Positions 48,690 to 63,084 of a stretch of 64,000 nt of DNA are shown here, one piece after another; position 1 is the first letter of the stretch, and every line of letters starts with the position of its first letter. Source of the stretch: Hypanus sabinus (taxonomy: Eukaryota); the NCBI RefSeq assembly GCF_030144855.1, contig NC_082714.1, forward strand, positions 51,646,001 through 51,710,000, given 5' to 3'. Position numbers and translations under genes: made by a program. The notes beneath the pieces are model-generated. The model ran no database searches. It saw only the letters and a program-made list of their open reading frames with translations, and was not told the origin of the DNA.

Positions 48690-49290
48690 TTACTAACCCC
48701 AGCACCAGTTCACCTACAAGGCAAAACAGATCAACCGAAGATGCCATCTCCATTGCTCTCCACAGCAAGCTGGAATACCAGAAGCAGAAGGACACCCATG
48801 TCAGAATACTTCTTTTAAAAAAACGAGACTTCGATTCTACCTTTGATGCCATATTCTCCAGCAAGTTGGCCAGTAAAGTACACAGTCTTGGACTTAATAC
48901 ATCAATTTGCAAGAGGATCCTGGACCTTATCAATTGCACCCAGACAGTCAGACTAGGCAAGTACCCATCAACCTCCCTGACCCTGAACTCCCATGCACAG
49001 TCGGGACGTGTACTGAGCCCACTCCTTTACTGGCTTTTCACCTATGACTGTGTCCCCCCCCCCCCCTCCCCATTCCTCCAACTCCATCATCACAGTGATC
49101 GGATTAATTACTAATAACAGGGAAACAGCATAGAGAGGAGGTGCAGAAACTGTCAGAATGGTGCAATAACCATAATCTTCCACAGTATGAAAAAATCTCA
49201 GAAATGATTATCGGCATCGGGAAATCAAGAAAATATGAACAAACTCCACTGTTCTTAAGCGGTGAAGCAGTGGAAAGGGTCTTCATCTTT
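48690..49290 (+). mobile_element. Degraded Rex1/Babar-like LINE RT fragment
   Basis: RQNRSTEDAISIALH...VRILL..DFDSTF...VLSPLLY. Confidence 0.7.
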
Positions 49291-50921
49291 AACTTCTTGG
49301 AAGAGAACCAGCGGATGAATACGAGTTCAGCGGGAGCAGGTAGAAACAGGCAGTGTGGGGTAAGGGAACTGAGTTTGGTGGCTGTGGATGGGAGTTCTCC
49401 AGAGTCGGTGAGGTTGGCGATGGTGACCGAGACAATTTTCCGCTGGTACTGAGTGGGGTCTTCTTTAAGGGGCAAGTAAAAAGAGGTATTAGAGTTGCCG
49501 GCTGGCCTAAACTAAAACAACACCCCTGTCTGTCATAACCGTCATTCGCCAATTACTACAACGTCGGCTCCCCGGAGTCCAAAACTCCTCTTTTCACTCT
49601 CAGTAGTCCAGCAACTTATCATCTCACACACGCATATATACTCCGTTCTAACTCCTTTTCTTCCTCTGACCCGAAACGTCGCTAGTTCATTCCCTCCCAC
49701 AAGCATTGCTCGACCTGCCGAATTCCCTTCAACAGGTTGGAACTGTTACCGACACCAAGGGACTTGTATAGTTGCATATTGACCCACCGTTTTCGGAAGG
49801 CGATAGCAAAGAAGGGACTTCACACAGGTCCCGGACAAAACATGAAAACTTCATCGAGAGAGGACCTGAGGTTAGGACCCAAGTACAGACTGACCAAAAC
49901 ACTGAGGCTGTGGCGCTGACTGCTGCACCGTAGTGGAGACGGGACTGTATTTTATGTTGACAACACACTATCAGAAGTTGAGGTACAGGAGGTTCCCTGT
50001 TGCTGACGTTCTCGGGCCCTAGTGACTGAACTGTTAACGGATATCGCCTCTTCACGTTTCAAAATATTAGTCGTTCAAACGAATAGCGAAAACCTCAGCG
50101 CCGCTCGACAAAGACAAACAAGTCCTTTACATACGCGATGCAAACATTCAGCTACTCGCTGACAATCTGACTCAGCCTGAGTCACCACAAACACAATAGA
50201 AACTCCACGTGTTATCCAGGGTTGTAATTTATATCTACGGGGGTTCTAAATTATATTTCCAACTTTCCCTTCAAATTATTATCTCTGCACAAGACCAAGG
50301 TGTAGACTAGAATTCAAATGAGTATACTTAGAGAAAACACTTTCACCAGTCATATCCGTTCAGCAAGTAACTACTGTATAATCAACAGGATACTATAGTC
50401 ATTTATTTGGACATTTCTACAGTACCCTTCGCGATTTGAGAAAATCACAACGCCTCCATTGACAATTTTGCAATTACTGTACCAAGATTTAGCGAAATGC
50501 TGACGAATAAAAAATCCTGACACTGACCATTTATTTCCCTCAGTGGAAACCTACATTCTTACATTTTCCAGAAACGATTTGATCATAAACAATATAGCAG
50601 GCATTTAAAAAAAAATATATAATATTTTTGACGTACCGATGGACAGCGGCTTCAGGTGGTTCCTATATACAGTAAGTTTGAAATCTCTCTCATAAGGGCC
50701 ACCAGAGGCCGACTTTCTCGAGTGTATTTTACCCCTGAGTGAGGTGATTTTCTTCAGGCAGAGGCCCAGGCCGGTCGCTTCCCGAACCGCCGCCGCTGGC
50801 GCTCCAGCGACCGGCTCTCCCCGGACTCTGGCCACGTGTCCCCGGCCAGCGTTTGAACCGTCCCGCCAATTACCCGGCGCGCCTTGCGCCGCGCACGCGC
50901 ATTTCATTGTTTTGACTAAAA

Positions 50922-50986
50922 ATGCCGTCGGTTTCGAAAGCTGCGCCGAGCGCTTCTCCTCAGACCGAGAAACCGTCTCATTACAC
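50922..50986 (+). CDS. UNKL: Unkempt-like CCCH zinc finger protein, coding exon 1
   Basis: MPSVSKAAPSASPQTEKPSHYT matches the recalled UNKL start (MPSVSKAA...PQTEKPTHY), not UNK; donor GTAGGT. Confidence 0.9.
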
Positions 50987-51279
50987 GTAGGTACCGAGCC
51001 CACCCGCCGCGGCAGCGCCACAAGCGCGCATGGGGCACGCTGCAACCAGCCAGAAGCGAAAAACGCAGCGGCAGGAAAGCTATCCAGCAAATCTCTTCAC
51101 GCCAGCTAATTTAGTCTCGGAGTAGCGACCCTCCCCCGCCCGCCAGGCCCAGGCCTCGGCCCCCCTGTCCGCAGGCCCATTCTCTGCCCCCACCTACCCC
51201 CGCCCCCAACCTCGGTTAGATACATCTCTCGGGCCCTCTTGTGCAAGTCAGTCTCTAACCTACGCGTTTTATTTTGCAG

Positions 51280-51489
51280 GTACCTTAAAGAGTTCCGCAC
51301 GGAGCAATGCCCGCTCTTCTTGCAGCACAAGTGCGCCCAACACAGGCCCTTCACCTGCTTCCACTGGCATTTCCTGAACCAGAGACGGCGGAGGCCCATC
51401 AGGAGGCGGGACGGTACCTTCAACTACAGCCCAGACGTCTATTGCACGAAATACGATGAGACGACAGGGATCTGCCCGGACGGAGACGA
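51280..51489 (+). CDS. UNKL: UNKL coding exon 2 (CCCH zinc finger 1 and start of finger 2)
   Basis: YLKEFRTEQCPLFLQHKCAQHRPFTCFHWHFLNQRRRRPIRRRDGTFNYSPDVYCTKYDETTGICPDGDE; 210 nt; CAQ/RPF/FLN/RRP residues are UNKL-type; donor GTGAGT. Confidence 0.94.
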
Positions 51490-54481
51490 GTGAGTGAATA
51501 AGACTGTTTGGTACTCGGGCCGTGGGAGGTGTGTTCGAGGAAATAGCCAGAGGGACGCGCCAGGGCCCGCCCCCCTCAGGAGTTTCACTGTTCCCACGAA
51601 CTTGGGGTTCGGGGCTGGTGAATGGAATGTTTCTCGATGGTGGGTTGTTGATTCAGGTCTGCAGTTTTCCATTGTGAGGACCCTTGTCTCCCGTGTTGAT
51701 TGTGGTAGGCTGGGTTTCTCTGCCTCGGGATTGTGAAGTTGCCCAAGATTTCGAAACTTGGAAAAGCGAAATAATGTTTGCATGGTTTATTTCATTTTAA
51801 GGAAAACATTTTATTCGTTTATTAAATTAACTAAAGTACTGCCTCCGAATTTACTTCAGTATATTGATAGAGGTCTTTTTCTAAGGATAGAAGGTGGTGA
51901 AGTAACAAACTTTTATGGTGTGAGCTGTAGCAATCATTTAAATATATTCTAGCAATCCAATTTGCTTAATCTTCATTTTATTAATTTTAGTCAGGGCACT
52001 TGGAAGTGTTTGAAAATTAATGAAGCTACACCACATGGGCTTGTAGATTTTCCAGTCGTTTCCTGTGACTATATATGTGATTTTATTTATACTTGTCATT
52101 TTTTTTTTGCTTGTTTTGTTTTCATGATACCGTATCCACATCTATAGATGCACATTGTCAAAAAGTAATTCTGTATCAGTTGCAATGTTGAATTGTGTAT
52201 AGTTACCTATTTTTTCAATTTTGAGAAAGAACTGTATTGTATTAATTCTTTAATGTATTTTGAAGTAGATTTTTAAAGTTGAAACTTTATATGAACTTTT
52301 CATATTAAGTTGAAGTGGCATTTCCTGACGTCATAACGTTGAACAGCTCTGCAGTTTATTGCACATTACATTATCAAACATAAACCTGTAAACAAATTGA
52401 AAATGTTTCTTGTTATGAAACTCTGTGCTTCAAAGTTTTACTGGGATGGCATTTTCTGGCAACATAATAAGTGGAAGATAGCTATTTAAATAGTTTCATG
52501 ACTTATTGTCCCAAATTACATCATGGCCAATTAAATATATTTACACAACATTACTATATTACTGTATGGTTTATTTCCCCTCATCTACTTGCAATTAGAA
52601 AGACACTGTATTTAAAATGTGTAAATTGAAATTTTTGAGGTTATATGTACAATTAGTTAATTTTTAATAGTTTATGTAATGTAAAGTTGTAAAATTAGAG
52701 TAAATGTTGGAAGACATTGCGTTAAGATCATATGAAAGGTTGAATGAAGGTGCATGCTTACAACTAAATGGCTGGGATTCTCAAACTACAAAAAATTGCT
52801 TGCAAGATATTTTATGAGAGTTTTAAAAAATTGTAGCTTGCTATCTTTATTTTTAAATTTGTGCAGTGGACAAAATTGAAAATTAAAATTGATCTAAGTG
52901 TAATCAAAATTTGATGGTGAATTTTGATTCACAAGTGTTTGGTTGTGAAGCCAGTATTATTGTGGATTCCATTTGTATTTTGGTCTGAAGTTGTACTGTT
53001 CTTGTGATTCATTTTTTGCTAGATTTGTAGGCAGTGAGGTAACTTTTGTTCTAACCTGTAAACAAAATATTGACCCCATCATCTGCAGTGTATTTTGTGT
53101 TAGCAAAATATGTCAGTCCAGCTGGAGCATTGTTTTCTGGATGTTGTGTATATTTTGTGAAATTTATTACTCTTTTAAAAGTTGTCAATTTCTGTTGAAA
53201 GAAACATTTGGATTTAAACTGAATTCACAAGAGGATCAGTTTTTAGCATATAAGCAGGGAAAATGCATGAGGTGCATAAAGGAGTGAATATTGGATTACA
53301 TTAGAAATGAGATGTGGCCAAGAAATATCATGAGAAATACAAAGGCAAGTTTATTTTTAGGTTATATATACATAAATGAACAAAGTGAATAAAAGATGAA
53401 CATCAGTCCAAATAACCACGTGAGAATATTGTGGTGGCAATAACAGAAATAACAGCTTAACAATAACAGCTTAAGTATGGTGAGGATTGTAATACTTTTT
53501 TGATTCAAAGTGCTCAGAAAAGATGAAGCATTTAAGTTAGACAACAAAACTGACAGGGAGATGTATTTTTGGAAAGGTAATGCCCATTTTGTTAGAAATA
53601 AGAAGCAGAAATAGTGTGAATTGCTACTGAGGTTATTCTGTAAACCAAATGGCTGGTGAATGAGCGAGAAATAAATCTTCATAGTAATCAGTTGTGCAAA
53701 TATAGTAATAGTTGATTCTGACTTCAAAAGAAAAGATTTTGCTCATAACATTAAATTACTGAAAATGTAGTTGGAAACAGTGATAATCCATTAGATGTAT
53801 TTGATCAGTATTTTCAAAAGGTACCCCAGAAAATTGTTACTTCTATTTTGAGTCAGAAAATAGGTGGGAGTTCAGGCCAGTGGAAATACTTTAAGTAGTT
53901 AGTGTACTATTAGAATCGATGCTGGGATCACTGTTGTTCAGATTTTGTGTTCATGGTTTGGACTGTGGTTTAAGAAGCACAATTTCTAAAATTGTCTCCG
54001 ATGCTAAATCGTAGAGAGGGAGAAGGGGAGGATAGTGTGAATACTTTCAGGGCTGTGATGATAGTGGGAAAATGAAAATGGCTGTGCTCTGCATGAAGTT
54101 GGATTGGTACAAGAGACTAAATGGCCTTCTATGCTGTAATGTCCTGACTTATCTGGATAGATTTTACCTGGAATTCCACAGTGTATTAGGTGTACTATTG
54201 ATGGGGACATGGGCTGTTGCTTCAAAATATTTGACCTCCCATTACTACATAATTTGCCTCATTAAGTTCCCTCTCCCATACCTTGTTGTTTTATAGATTT
54301 TGTGTACAGTTTTGCAATTCACCTGTTGTTCCTTAATCCTGTTATTTGTTCAGCTCTTTTAGCTATGAGTTTTGTTACTTTATGGAATGACTTCCAGTGG
54401 TTTTGAAAGATTTTATCTTGATACTTCAAATTGATTCCCATTAAGCAAAGTACTGGGGCTTAATTCTAGAGGGAAAAATAA

Positions 54482-56052
54482 TTGATTCTGGTTAATTGGG
54501 GCACATCAAGACCAATACATTTAGGCTCAATTAAGCAGCTGCCTGAATTAGCTGAAGTTTCATAAAAATAGTTAAAAAGATATAAAAAAGACAAAATACT
54601 GTTTAACTGAATGACAAGTTATGTACTTAAATGAAATACAGAACAAGTTAGAACATTACTAGTACTACTACAGTACTATGAAACTATGTCCAGTTAGACC
54701 CCACTTAATGCTGAGGATATGTTCCCTAGAGGTGGAGTGCTATGTAAATCAGCGCTCTGCAGGGTCATTATAACATGATGTAAATGGACGTGTGTCTGAT
54801 TTTAAAATACCAAACCTGAGAATATTATTTTATGCATACACAGTAATTCATGGAGGAACAATCACTCAAATGAGCCTAACCTGTACATCAGTGGCGCTGC
54901 AACACATCGCAGCAGCAGCGGAGGGACATGTGGTGGTTACATCTTAGAGGAGGAACCAGGCTGTGGTTCCTCATGAAGCAGCGTTTAACAGCAAGAAATC
55001 AAGTTGATAACACCTCTCTTTGCCTTATTGCTTCGCTCCCAGTCAGGGTAATTATCGATGAACTGGTCCATGATTTGTGTGATCGTGGTGGTGCTAGTGC
55101 TGAGGAATTTTGTGGTGAGGTTTCTTGCTGGTGTTTCCTCTTCTCCATTCATAGATTCACCCAGGACGTGTTGCTGTGCCAATTTTTGAAACTCTTAGAT
55201 GTACTACCCTCTCTGGAAGCTGCAGGCCATTTTCCAGACATTATGGGTGAATAAGTTGGGCAAGGGAGCAAGAACATACACATCTGGGAAAGGCAAAGCA
55301 TGAACTAATACGCGATTTGCTCTGAGTGGTTCAGAGTGTAAGTAAAGCGCTGTCATAGTCTGATGGAATATTTACTGTAATGAAGTTTTAAGGGTTATTT
55401 AGAATGAATTTTTGTCATTAAAAAAATTAAATAAAAAATTGAATAATCATGTGGTAATGAATCAGTGCTATGTTGGGTAACATTATGTGGGGTTAGAATT
55501 CCTAATAGTTATTGACAGAGTTGTTGACATGGTATGCCACCATGTTCTTTTGAACGACTATAAATGAACAAAATCAATGCCAGATAATGGACTGTCGATT
55601 TCATTGTAACATTTAAGATGATTGTTGATATTTTTGAATTCTTCCAAACTTGTTGAAGTAGTGAAATTTTCATTTTCACTGCTGGCTATTTCTGGCATCT
55701 CCAACTCTGAATGCTTGAAACAGCAGTGTGCAAAACAGTTCTGAATTGCCTTACTGCTTATTTCTTGCAGACTATCAGTAACAAAAATCACTGCCTTTTG
55801 AATGCAAACACATGCAACTGCCAATATTTTAAAACTGTTCCCCTAAACATGGTGCAGTATCTGATGACCACACAAGTACACTACTAATGCTAGTTAGAGA
55901 CTTTAGCCACAGTCTTTTGTCCCAGTTAAGCAACATAGTGTCTCAAATAAAGTAGATCCCGGTTATTTTCTTAATTAATTTTTGTTCTTTAAGGGTTGTC
56001 CCAAATAAGTGGCTACCCTGATTAACTGATGGCCAAATTAACCGGAATCTGC
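54482..56052 (-). mobile_element. Tigger/pogo-like DNA transposon remnant with a nested Tc1/mariner-type MITE (~54691-55495)
   Basis: Outer inverted ends GATTCTGGTTAATTGG / CCAAATTAACCGGAATC; transposase remnant AVIFVTDSLQEISSKAIQNCF; inner inverted ends CCCCACTTAATG / CATTATGTGGGG. Confidence 0.6.
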
Positions 56053-59000
56053 TTTGTTTGAAAATAAAGCAGATGGTGAATTCAATCTTGTTTAGTCCAC
56101 GCTGAAGTACTCATGCAGTTCTGGAGTGCTGCAATATTAAAAGGGACATGGAGAAAATGGAAGGGGTGCAATCTGAGTTTGCAAGTATGATGGCAGAAAT
56201 GTGAAACTCCATTTTTCATTGATATGATCTAATAAAGGATTATAAAATAGTGAAAATAAGATCAAATTAAGATGGTCCCCAAGAAATTCAATACGGAATT
56301 CAGAAGGAACTACCCAAAGAATGGTGTGAATGATCTTGTGAACAGATGAGTGGTTAAAGGAAAATATAAGGGGCAGTTGACGGGGATAGGAAATTACGTT
56401 GATATATTTTGTGAGGATAGATAGTGGTTTAATGAAGCTAAGATGTTGTCATGGACTAACTGGGTCAAGGGTCGTTTTTCTTTGTAAAATACAAAAGTCT
56501 TCAGTTTACATAAGTTACTTTCTGGAGAACTGTTAAGGTGATTTTCTCCGCAGGTCAGAAAGTCGTCAACTTTTATTGTCATTTCGACCATAACTGCTGG
56601 TACAGTGCATAGTAAAAATGAGACAATAATTTTCAGGACCATGGTTTACATGACACAGTACAAAAAACTAGACTGAACTGTGTAATAAAAAAAAACAGAG
56701 GAGGCTATACTAGACTACAGACCTACACTGGACTGCATAAATGTCGTTTTCTACACAAAACCATATTGTATTGCTTTATGTACACTTGCTATAATTTTGT
56801 TTAATTGAACCCTAACACTATCTATAATTAAACTAATGGAATATATACTGTATCTAATCATTAATGAACACTACAAAATAGTATAATGCAATTTTTCAAG
56901 TCATTGATGTCATTAATAATCGTATGTTGTTAAAAGTCATCTGTAATCCAAGGAACTCCTCTGGATATTCATGATATATGCCAAATCAAATGGTTTACAG
57001 CCTTTTGCTCAGCTCCATTTTTTTTACCATCAAAATATTATTATGTCCCACATCCACTGTTCCTAATCTCCACATTGTACATAACCTATATATCCTGTTC
57101 AGTTTGTCTTTACCAAAGCTTTGCTTAACTTGCATGATTTTCAGTGCATTAAAGTATATGGGTACTGTATTTGATTTTGTGTATCTGCCCTGTTATACCT
57201 AAAATAGGAATAGATTCAAAATATTTTTCAAATTCTTCAGTTTTTAAAAATTTTGGGATTTGTGCTTGAAATAAGACAGTGTTGGTGTTAATATTCCACA
57301 GCTGTAACCTTATGTTTGAGTAGGGACATGGATTATTAAAATCTTTCCTAGCTAGATGTAATGAAATATTTTAAAGTTATAATTAAAACCAAATCTTTCT
57401 TGTTGTGGTTGGCAGTTCAGGAGGGAGCTCCTGAAGTTCAACCATCACAGTGGAAGTAAATTTATAATGGGACCCATTGGAAGTTCTAGACTCATTAAAG
57501 GATAAGCATTGCAGCATCTGTCACTATGCTCTAACACTTAACCATTTGGAGCTTATTGGTAGAACCCTGTTTTGGTAATGTTACCCAGTATTACTTTGGG
57601 AAATTGTCTGTTCCCTTCTGTGTTAGGTCAGACCTGGTATAGAACTGGAGAGCCTATTTGTATGGATGGTGTAGATTGCAGAAGAGGGAAGTTATTATTT
57701 GTAATTCCTTTATTTCTAAATGTTTGTAAGTATCTTAATAAACTTTCTTGTTAAACTAAATATTTATTAAAATTGATGTTAGAAGTCTTCATAATGGCTC
57801 TTGAAGTCAGAGCTGTTTACTTAGGCTCAAAATTTTAGCAGGGCCAAAGCTCCATCACCATCTTTGCCCTCTGTTTGGGCAATTTGATATTATCTTGATT
57901 GAGCTGTCCAGGACCTAGTTGCAGACTAGAAGTCACTGCTTGATAGTCAGAGTAGCCTCTACAAATGCACAAATGTTTTTGCAGATGGGTAGGACCATCA
58001 GTATTGATCCTGGATGGCAGACTGTGTTCCAACAGATCTATCCCAATACCACAGACCATTCAGTCCAACTAGTCTATTTAATCTTTTGTGGGTGAATGGT
58101 TAATATATTTGTCAACTCTGTTCCCATAACTTTTCAGCCTCTGTCTCCATTTATTTATGCAATCAATTTATTGATTTCATAGTTTCTTGCTGAGTTAATT
58201 CTGAAATGAATTACACAGTTTTGGGAAGTCTTTTGCCCTCTAGTCTAATCATTCACATTCAGTGTTGCCTCTTTGAAACGGTCTTTTTCCACCTTTTTTT
58301 TCTATGCGTATTCTATTAATATTTCAATCAACTTAAACACTACAGTTAAATAACCTTACAATGAGCCATATTCAAGGAAATGTAATACAGTTTTCTATAA
58401 TCAGGCCTCAATTGATCTCCTTAAACTAGAAAATAGAGGAGATATGAAGCTGTGTGGTCATGGTAAGGCAAACATGGCCTTGGGCAGTTGAGGTGAGACT
58501 GCCAGAGATACTGCTGCTTACTGCAGATGAGATGGCTGAGCACTGAAGCCAAGTGAGGCCTCTGTAGTTTTAACATCCTGTGTATGACATAGACCCAGGC
58601 GGTTCTCCTTGTGCACTAATAAAATAAAAAAAGGTTGAGTCACGAGAGTGTGTATGTTTTTGGGCTTAGTTATTTGTGTTAGTTATTATCAGCGGAGACG
58701 GTTACTTTGACAATTGCAGATGCTGGAGTCTGGAGTAACAAATGGTTTGTAGAGGAACTCAGCAGACTGAGCAACATTTTTTGAGGTGGGTGAGCAGGAC
58801 AAAAAGCAACTGATTCATCTGTGGGATGTTGTCTTCAGTCCTTATATCTTTTTCAGTTGCAAATCATGAATGTGTAGGTCTAAATGTAACTCTTGTTTGA
58901 TTTCAATCAGGATGGTAGTCTACAAAATAAAGAACTGAGGACTCAAAAAGGGGGAAGAAAATCAGGCTAGTTAATAAGATGTTTTTGATTAACTGCACTG

Positions 59001-60300
59001 CATAGATAAATTGTACTTCATTGTGGTGTGTAGTTATTCCTAAATCTTCACATGAATGACAAAGGGAGTGAGAAGTGAGATTTGAGCATGGCCAAAGTCA
59101 AGAGAGCTGTTAATAATTTTGTTAGCAAATACACATGTGAAATTCTTTTGGGAAAGAATGGTAATACTCTATTCAGTCTAATCTCTGGTTGCAATATATA
59201 ACTTTGTAAAATTTAAATACAATTTTCACATGATAGCTTATAATATCCATTTTCATTTTGGGGTGATTTAAAGTGCTTACAGCCAAAAGAAATGTAGCCA
59301 CCATCAACATTACTAAACCAGTTAAAATGTTTTATCATATAGCTGTTCCTGAAAAGTTGCTGTGTAGAAGTTAACTGTTGTGATTCCAATGTTACAACAG
59401 TGAGTACATTTCTTTTGGCTGTAAGAAGGCTGAAGTCCAATTGCAGCCAGAAAAATTATTTTTTTTCATCTGTTGTATTGAACCTCTAGTTACAAATTTG
59501 AGTTTACTTAAATAAATGTTGGGATCTATTGTAGCTCTTTTTTCTTGTTCATTCTGATCGAGTTTTCAGAGAGCTGGCCATGATTTTTTTCTATTAAAAA
59601 AGCAACTTTAAACATAACTACAGTTATTTGTACCCTTTCACATTCATTCCAAACTTGTAATTGCTATGTTACTTATCCTCCATATTTTTGTCTTGTAATG
59701 GTGCAACAAAACTGAAATAAGATGTGAATATTTGGCCCCTTAATTTTTTTTTACAATTTTTAAGAATATTAACATTTCAACATCAATTTGCATGGAACCT
59801 CCTGAGAACATAGAGCATAGGAATTTACAGCACATTACAGGCCCTTCAGCCCACAATGTTGTGCCAACCATGTAATCTACTCTGGAGACTGTCTAGAATT
59901 TCCCTGCGGCATATACCTCTATTTTTCTAAGTTCTTTGTACCTGTCTAAGAGGCTCTTAAAATCACTATTGTATCTGCTTCCACCACTACCGCTGGCAGT
60001 GCATTCCACGCACCCATGGCTCTGTGTGTGGAAAAACTTGCCCCTGACACCCCCTTGATACCCATTTCCAAGCACCTTAAAACTATGCCCCCTTGTGTTA
60101 GCCATTTCAGCCCTGGGGAAAAAGCCTCTGGCTATCCACACGATCAATGCCCATCATCATCTTATACACCTCTATCAGGTCACCTCTGTTGCTCCAAGGA
60201 GAAAAGGCCAAGTACACTCAACCTATTCTCATAAGGTACGCCCTTCAATCCAGGCAACATCCTTGTAAATCTCCTCTCCACCCTCTATAGTATCCACATC

Positions 60301-62085
60301 CAACTACCGGGCCGCAGACCAGTACTGGGCTGCAAAGCACATACTATTGGGCCGCGAGAAAACAATATGATTTGTCGATATGAGTCAGCTGCACCTTTCC
60401 TCATTCCCTGTCACGCTCACTGTTGAACTTGAATGCACACAAAGTCATCAGTCGCTTAAACGCAGTGATACCCTTGCGCCAGGGATCACTGGTTGGCCTT
60501 GGGTAACCGTCCGCCTTGTGCGGCCGGTGAGAAGTGCCTATGCTACTTGCCTGGAGCGTGGACAGATGGATGCTGCCTCTAAACGTGTTGAGCACACCAA
60601 ATGTTTATGGGGAACCTGGTGCTAAAATATTCGCATGTAACCCCCTGGGTCACCTCAGGCTCGCTCACACTCGTTCTCGTCTAGGGGGAGCAGCATTCGG
60701 CCCCACCAAACTGGGTAATCAGCTGGTGTGGATGCTGTGTGATGTACCCGCCTCACCCAAAAACAGACAGTACACATTAAGCGATTAAATGAGTACAATT
60801 TATAGAAGTTACTATAACTAAGTAATAACGATACAGTATATATGAAGAGAAAAAATAAAGAAAAGGTGCCAAACTTATCAAAGTCCAAACCACTTCGTGC
60901 ACAACCGTTGGAGCTCAATTACTGAAGTCTTCTGGCCACCATTCGATCCCCTCCGAACTCCTTGACTCGCAGCTCAGGACCCTCCGAGTAGTCGACCAAG
61001 CACATCTAGCTTCATCCCCCCCTCTTCGGAGTACCTCCGGGCCTCGGACCCCCGCTTGGGGTCCGTTCCTCGCCCAGCTTACAGCATTGCGTCCTCTCTC
61101 TCGACCCCCTCGCGGCCGATCTGTCCAAAAGCCCGTCAACAAAAGCTTACAGACTCAGAAGAAAGAACATTAATCCCCATTTAGTTTACAAAGGAATACA
61201 ATTCTCCCAGCACTCTCTCGCAACAAAGAAACATTCCTGCTTTTAACAAAACAAAGAAACCCTTTCCCAACAGTAACAAGAAAAAAGAAGAAACCCCCTT
61301 TACACGCAGACGACCTAATTTGGGCTCAGGGTTTCCTAAGTAGCAGAGCAGCTACCTTGCTGCGATCTACTGGAAGTCATCCCTCGAGCCAAACTTTTGT
61401 CAACCAATAGATCCTACCTACTTACGGGGGTGGGGGGGGTGCGTGCCCTGTTGCATTCCTCCTCGCTCTCTGGACTGCGACCGCCGTGGCCCCAGCACAG
61501 GGACCTCCGGCCCTGACCTTGTCCACTCACCCCATCCGTGACCAGCTGTATCTGGCCAAGGTGTCTGGTGGTGGGCGGGCGGAGGCTGGAGTTAGGGCAA
61601 AGAAGCTCTCAACTCTGCTTTGGCACCTTGAGTCCAAGCACCCTGCACTTAAAGATAAACCCATTGAATATTTTTGAGCGAAAAAACTTGATCAAGCGGG
61701 AAAGAATCAAGTGCTGAGAGCTACGAAAACTAAATTGCGGAATAGACTGGACATAAGGAACCTCCTTCAAGTATCGCTGTCTCCCATCGATGGGACTGTC
61801 TTGTTGCAGGGAAACAAGCCCAGGGCTCCACTGATTCAGCGATATTGGTGTGTTGCAATGATTTTATATGTTCATATGAGGAAAATATACACTGTGTGTT
61901 TAATATTAAATTCGTTAGGTAAAACCTTTTAGCAATGAATTTGAGTGTATTAGCCACTTATAAGTGACTTCTAGTTGACTTATCTGTATTCCAGTTGTGA
62001 TTAACACCCCTCCTGGTTGGCCGGTCCGCAAGAATACTGTCAATATTAAACCAGTCCGCAGTGCAAAAAAGGTTGGTGACCCCTG
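60301..62085 (+). mobile_element. Non-autonomous hAT-Charlie-type DNA transposon
   Basis: Transposase remnants HLESKHPALKDKPIEYF and TKTKLRNRLDI; right TIR GGTTGGTGACCCCTG; left TIR partly lost. Confidence 0.75.
60636..61304. mobile_element. Solo LTR nested in the hAT element
   Basis: TGTAA...TTACA termini; 4-bp TSD CGCA (60632-60635, 61305-61308). Confidence 0.8.
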
Positions 62086-63084
62086 CTGTAGTGAGGTGAC
62101 CATAACTGAACACAGTACTCTAAGTGGTGTCTGACCAAGGCCTTGTATAGCTGTAACATTACCTCACAGATCTTGAACTCAATCCCATGGTTGATTAATG
62201 CCAGTGCTGTCAACCTGCGCAGCAGTTTTGAGTGTCCTATGGACATGGACCCCAAGATCTCTCAGATCCTCCACACTGCCAGGAGTCTTACCATTCATGT
62301 TATATTCTTTAAATTGGACCTACCAAAATGAACCACTTCATACTTGTCTGGGTTGAAGTCTATCTGCCACTTCGCAACTCAGTTCTGCTATTGATGCCCC
62401 GCTGTAGCCTCTGACAACCCTTGTTCATCAAAGCAGCCAGATATGAACTTTTTGCTGAGTTTGTAACCTTGGCAACGTCAACTCACTAACAATTCTCCTT
62501 AAGTCGCAGGTTTCAACCAGTTTTCTTGACAGACATAAATTTCAAATACATTAATCCTCATTCAATACAAACTCTTGGTTAATGAAGAGTACGCACAACC
62601 TTCCTGCAACTATTTAAGACCCCATTGAGATTACAGTTGTCTTGTTCCCCTGCAAATAAAAGCATTATTGCTACAGAGAAGTAAACTTTTCAGTCTACTA
62701 AATTTATAGCAACTATTAACCTCTATCATCATTATATTAATCCACTTAAAAATATTTTCTCTCATTCTCACCAACTGTCCAGATATTCTAACACTGCCTA
62801 TTTACTGGGGACAACTTGAAGTGGACAATTAACTGACCAGGCCATATGTCTTTGTGAGTAAACTAGAGCATTCAGAGGAAACCCTGCATGTTCAACTTGT
62901 GACAATGCAGTACTCGCTGTGACAACTTGCCATATTAAAAACAAGTATAGGCAATAAAGGCTAGCAAGGTTTATTTCTGAAATGGTATGTTAATCATAAG
63001 CTGATTAATAAGATGACCAGTGAGATACACTGGAGTTTAGAAGAATGAAAAGTGATCTAATTGAAATATATAAATTTCTAATGT

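Larger units (their letters stand above)
50690..51580 (+). promoter_or_regulatory. CpG island / UNKL promoter
   Basis: High GC and CpG; E-box CACGTG near 50833; NRF1-like GCGCACGCGC at 50891-50900. Confidence 0.75.
59805..62420 (-). mobile_element. CR1 LINE 3' portion, split at ~60300/62086
   Basis: FFPRAEMANTRGHSFKV on the left side and LYKALVRHHLEYCVQLWSPHY on the right; (CATAG) tail near 59808. Confidence 0.8.

Noticed and set aside
50922-51489. Calling the gene UNK because it neighbours H3.3
   Set aside because: The N-terminus MPSVSKAA, the exon 2 residues and linkage to UQCC4 all indicate UNKL.
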